From Heteronotia binoei (lineage: Eukaryota), in contig NC_083226.1 in assembly GCF_032191835.1 (NCBI RefSeq), positions 80,228,001-80,292,000 of the forward strand: a stretch of 64,000 nucleotides of DNA, read 5' to 3'. A program made the translations under genes and the position numbers. Below the pieces are notes generated by a model that saw only the letters and a program-made list of their open reading frames with translations, made no database searches and was not told where the DNA came from. Shown one piece after another: positions 60,690-64,000 of the stretch (position 1 is the first letter of the stretch; each line of letters starts with the position of its first letter).

Positions 60690-61918
60690 GGGCTGCCCGG
60701 TGGGGTGCTAATGTCTAAGCAGAGGCCTGGCATTGGCGTTGGCAGAAAGAGCAAGGGGTTATGGTAACCCAGGGGAGCACCCAGGGCACAGCACCACTTG
60801 AGTGCAGGTGATCGACAGGAGCAGCAGATGGGCTCCACAGCTCAATGTTGCATAACGCCGATCCTGTGATACCTCCCCACAGGATTGGCTCTTCCTGGGT
60901 GATGATGCCAATGTGGGGTGGGATGATCAGCCTGGCCAGCCTGCCATGAGTCAAACCAGTGGTTCATGCCAAAGGCAGGGTGGCTCACCCATATCTGGAC
61001 AAGGAAGGGTCAAGGGTTGACCTTGGGGCTTATCCAGTTCAGATAACCCTTGCCGTACAAGTCACAATAAGGTTTGTTTAATAAAAGGGCCCATTTTTAC
61101 CAAAACACAGTGTCAGTCTCTTCATTCTGACTTGGGGGGCAACAAGAGATTCTGAAACTTTGGAAGAGGGAATCAAGACGTTGAAAGGAACTTCAAGCTA
61201 AATTTTATAAATATGTATTCAAAAGCCATCAGTGCCCCCATTGTGCAGATCCAAAAATATGGAAGGGGAAGGCATACCGGACAAATGTCTAGAGGAAAAA
61301 AAGATAAAAACAAAAAACTGTGTGTGTATTTAAGTTAAAAAAAAAAAGATACCTGCAAGTATTCAAACATAATGGAGGGGAAAAAACTGACAGAATTTGA
61401 AAAAAAACAGCATGGTATTGGATTCCCAGTAAAGATAATGTACAAATGAATAAGTAATTTATTTAGTCTTTAAAGTTCTTTTAACAAAAGAAATACTATC
61501 TTAAGCGGAAGACTTCTCTTCAGACTAAGTCCAGCAGATTTTTTCTTCAAAAAAAGAAAGACGTGAAGTTTCTCTCCCTCCCCCTTCAGCACTTGAGCAA
61601 TGTTGCAGTACATACAGTGCATTGCGCTACAGATTTCAACCCCCTAAGCAACAGTAAAAGCTGCATAGCATCCATTAAACCAGGATGGATGGTGTATTTT
61701 ATGCTTATGAATGTTCAGAATTGTTGTTAAGCTTATCAGTGAGCTACATGGGTGTGGAATCAACCACAGTGTTATCTTGAATTCCTTCTCCCCCCTCCCA
61801 AAAAAGATTAATGTATAACCTTGTTGGGGAGTCCTTACATCTGTGAAATAAATCTTGGAACAAATGAACATTTCCAGTTTTTTACAATTTGTATAAAGAA
61901 ATACTGATGTTTCTTTAT

Positions 61919-61960
<42 letters not shown>

Positions 61961-63478
61961 CTCCTTCATACATATATATACATATCCTTCATATATATTT
62001 GCAGACAATAATTGCCTGTTTTCAGTAATCTCATATTCTTCAAAGATAATATATTGAATTAAAATGCAACTGTGGAATATTAAATGCTTATAAAGAGGCG
62101 TGTGCTTAAGATAAGTAATACTTAAATATATTTAAGAGCCATATGGTTAAACTTCAAATTAGTTTCCTGGAAAGTTATCATAATACAAAGCAATATTGAT
62201 TGGTTAAGATGGTGGAGGTGGTGAATGATGCTTCTCTATACAGGGTAAAGCTTGTCTGTAGAGTAAAATGATTTTTGCTCCTACAAAACAACTTTGCTCA
62301 TGTGAAACAAGATGTTATACAGTAGAAGGTAAATTGCTTAAATCTTTGGTTCATATTACCTATGGAAATACCCTTTAAAGGGACATACTGTGCCACAATG
62401 AGTCAGATGTGATGGGCATTTATCACAATTACAACACATTAGGTATGTACCTGCATGCTGTACTCATTCTCTGTTCTACATGCATACAGTAGATGCCAGT
62501 AGAGTTTGCATTTGATAGAAAAGAACTTGGGCTTGTGGAAATGAACAAAAGAATGACATCTGTTGGCTGCCTACCACTGACCCCTCCTGACTCTCAGTTA
62601 ATGCGAAAGAAAGAAATAAAAGTTCACAGCTGTCAGAAAAGAGGGATTGTGCTTTAACAATTGAATTCTTTTCCCAAAATTGAATTTAGTGTTTGTGAAA
62701 GGTGCTAGATTGACAACCCTTGAGGCTGAAATTCTTTCTCTGGAGGTATAGTCTTAAGATTTCTCAACTTACTGTAGTTGTTATGTGCAGCAACCTCTAA
62801 AAGTGACAAGATTATTAAGTTTATGTATTAAATCACTCCTTGGTTTCCACCATGACAGCAAAAATAAATTGCCAAAACCAGATCAATTAATACAGGTTTT
62901 TCTGGCAGTTTTCTGTATGTGGACATCTGTTTAGGCATGGTGGATTAAGATCCTTCATTTTCTGGCCAGCATACCAATAGTCAATACATAGTTAAAAATT
63001 AAGTTATGTCAGTATAGATAGGCCTCCGTCACTTTCTCCATAACCTTAATTGGTTCAGATAAACTTTCTGAGCTCAAAACTCTTAAGAACAGATTGCATT
63101 CAAACAACCCACTAAACACAGGCTTAATGGGCCACTACTGCAAGTCTCCCCCTAAATCTTCCTGTGAGGTGTACTTGAAAAATATATGACGTTATATATG
63201 CATTTTTTGTTCCTTTTCTTCAACTGCTGAAGAGGACCAATAACAAGATGAAATTATTTTTTAAAAAATGCACCCAACACTTCATTGTCATGAAGACATG
63301 AATCTGTAGCACCCAAACTTCTCCCCAAAACATGTAATTTGCATTCATACAATATACCTTATGTACTCCAGACAATAAAACGTTCTTATACACACTTCAA
63401 TTTTAATATACTATTTTTGAACTTATTTTTTAAAAAAATCCAAAATGTAATATTCAATCTTCCTACTGTTAAATTCCT

Positions 63479-63870
63479 TGGGTTGCCAAGTCCAATTCAA
63501 GACATCTCTGGGAACTTTGGGGGTGGAACCAGGAGTCTTTGGGGGTGGAGCCAGGAGACATTGGGGTGGAGCCATAAGAAAAGTTGTGACAAGCACAATT
63601 GAACTCCAAAGGGAGTTCTGGCCATCACATTTAAAGGAACTGCACATCTTTTAAACGCCTTCCCTATGTTAGAAATAATGAAGAACAGGGGCACCTTCTT
63701 TCAGAACCCCGTGATCCAATCTTTTTGAAACTTGGAGGGCATTTTGAGGAGAGTCATCAGATGCTATGCTGATAATTTAGTGCCTTTACCTCAAAAAACA
63801 GCCCCTCCAGAGCCTAAGGTACCTCCAGATCAATTCTCCATTATACCCTGTGAGAATAGGGAATAGTGAA
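63479..63870 (+). mobile_element. non-autonomous DNA transposon / MITE fragment
   Basis: Starts tgggttgccaagtcc (tagggttgcca-type terminus) with gggggtggagccaggag repeats. The internal part resembles 23240-23400 in reverse. Confidence 0.55.
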
Positions 63871-64000
63871 GTGCGCAGCAAATATTGCTTTCACCCCACC
63901 CACCATTTCTGATTACTTTGAAGTGGGGGATTGGCATCTCTACTCACCTGTTGCTGAACTTCCAACTTCTTCAAAGTAACACAGAGCAACCAAAAATTCA

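Larger units (their letters stand above)
51693..61143 (+). mobile_element. tyrosine-recombinase retrotransposon (DIRS order, Ngaro-like) with nested insertions
   Basis: Order is gag-like ORF, RT, RNase H, YR, SGNH remnant, then a 3' region with AATAAA ending ttggggggcaa. The 5' boundary is approximate. Confidence 0.85.

Overview
This is 64 kb of vertebrate, most likely squamate (gecko-like), intronic or intergenic DNA. The taxon is inferred from co-occurring Sauria/Squam1-, Squam2- and Squam3-type SINEs and lizard-type L2, CR1 and RTE LINEs. No host gene could be identified with confidence; only weak minus-strand exon candidates were seen. Nearly all long ORFs belong to transposable elements. 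These include several L2 LINE copies, CR1 3' ends, a young RTE LINE, two L1-type elements and a Penelope-like element. There is also a Ty1/Copia-derived integrase element without RT, a betaretrovirus-like integrase remnant, a solo LTR and several MITEs. A ~9.5 kb tyrosine-recombinase (DIRS/Ngaro-like) retrotransposon carries an SGNH-hydrolase remnant, and a related short 5'+3' unit lies at 8.5-9.3 kb. The most unusual structures are three rearrangements. (i) A 389-bp internal piece of one specific L2 copy was copied 27 kb away, inverted, with microhomology and a 10-bp duplication. (ii) An L1-associated inversion sits in the DIRS gag, with two ~20-bp inverted duplications. (iii) The RT-less Copia derivative keeps a ~400-codon open gag-N/integrase frame. 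All family calls come from motif recognition by eye, not database searches.
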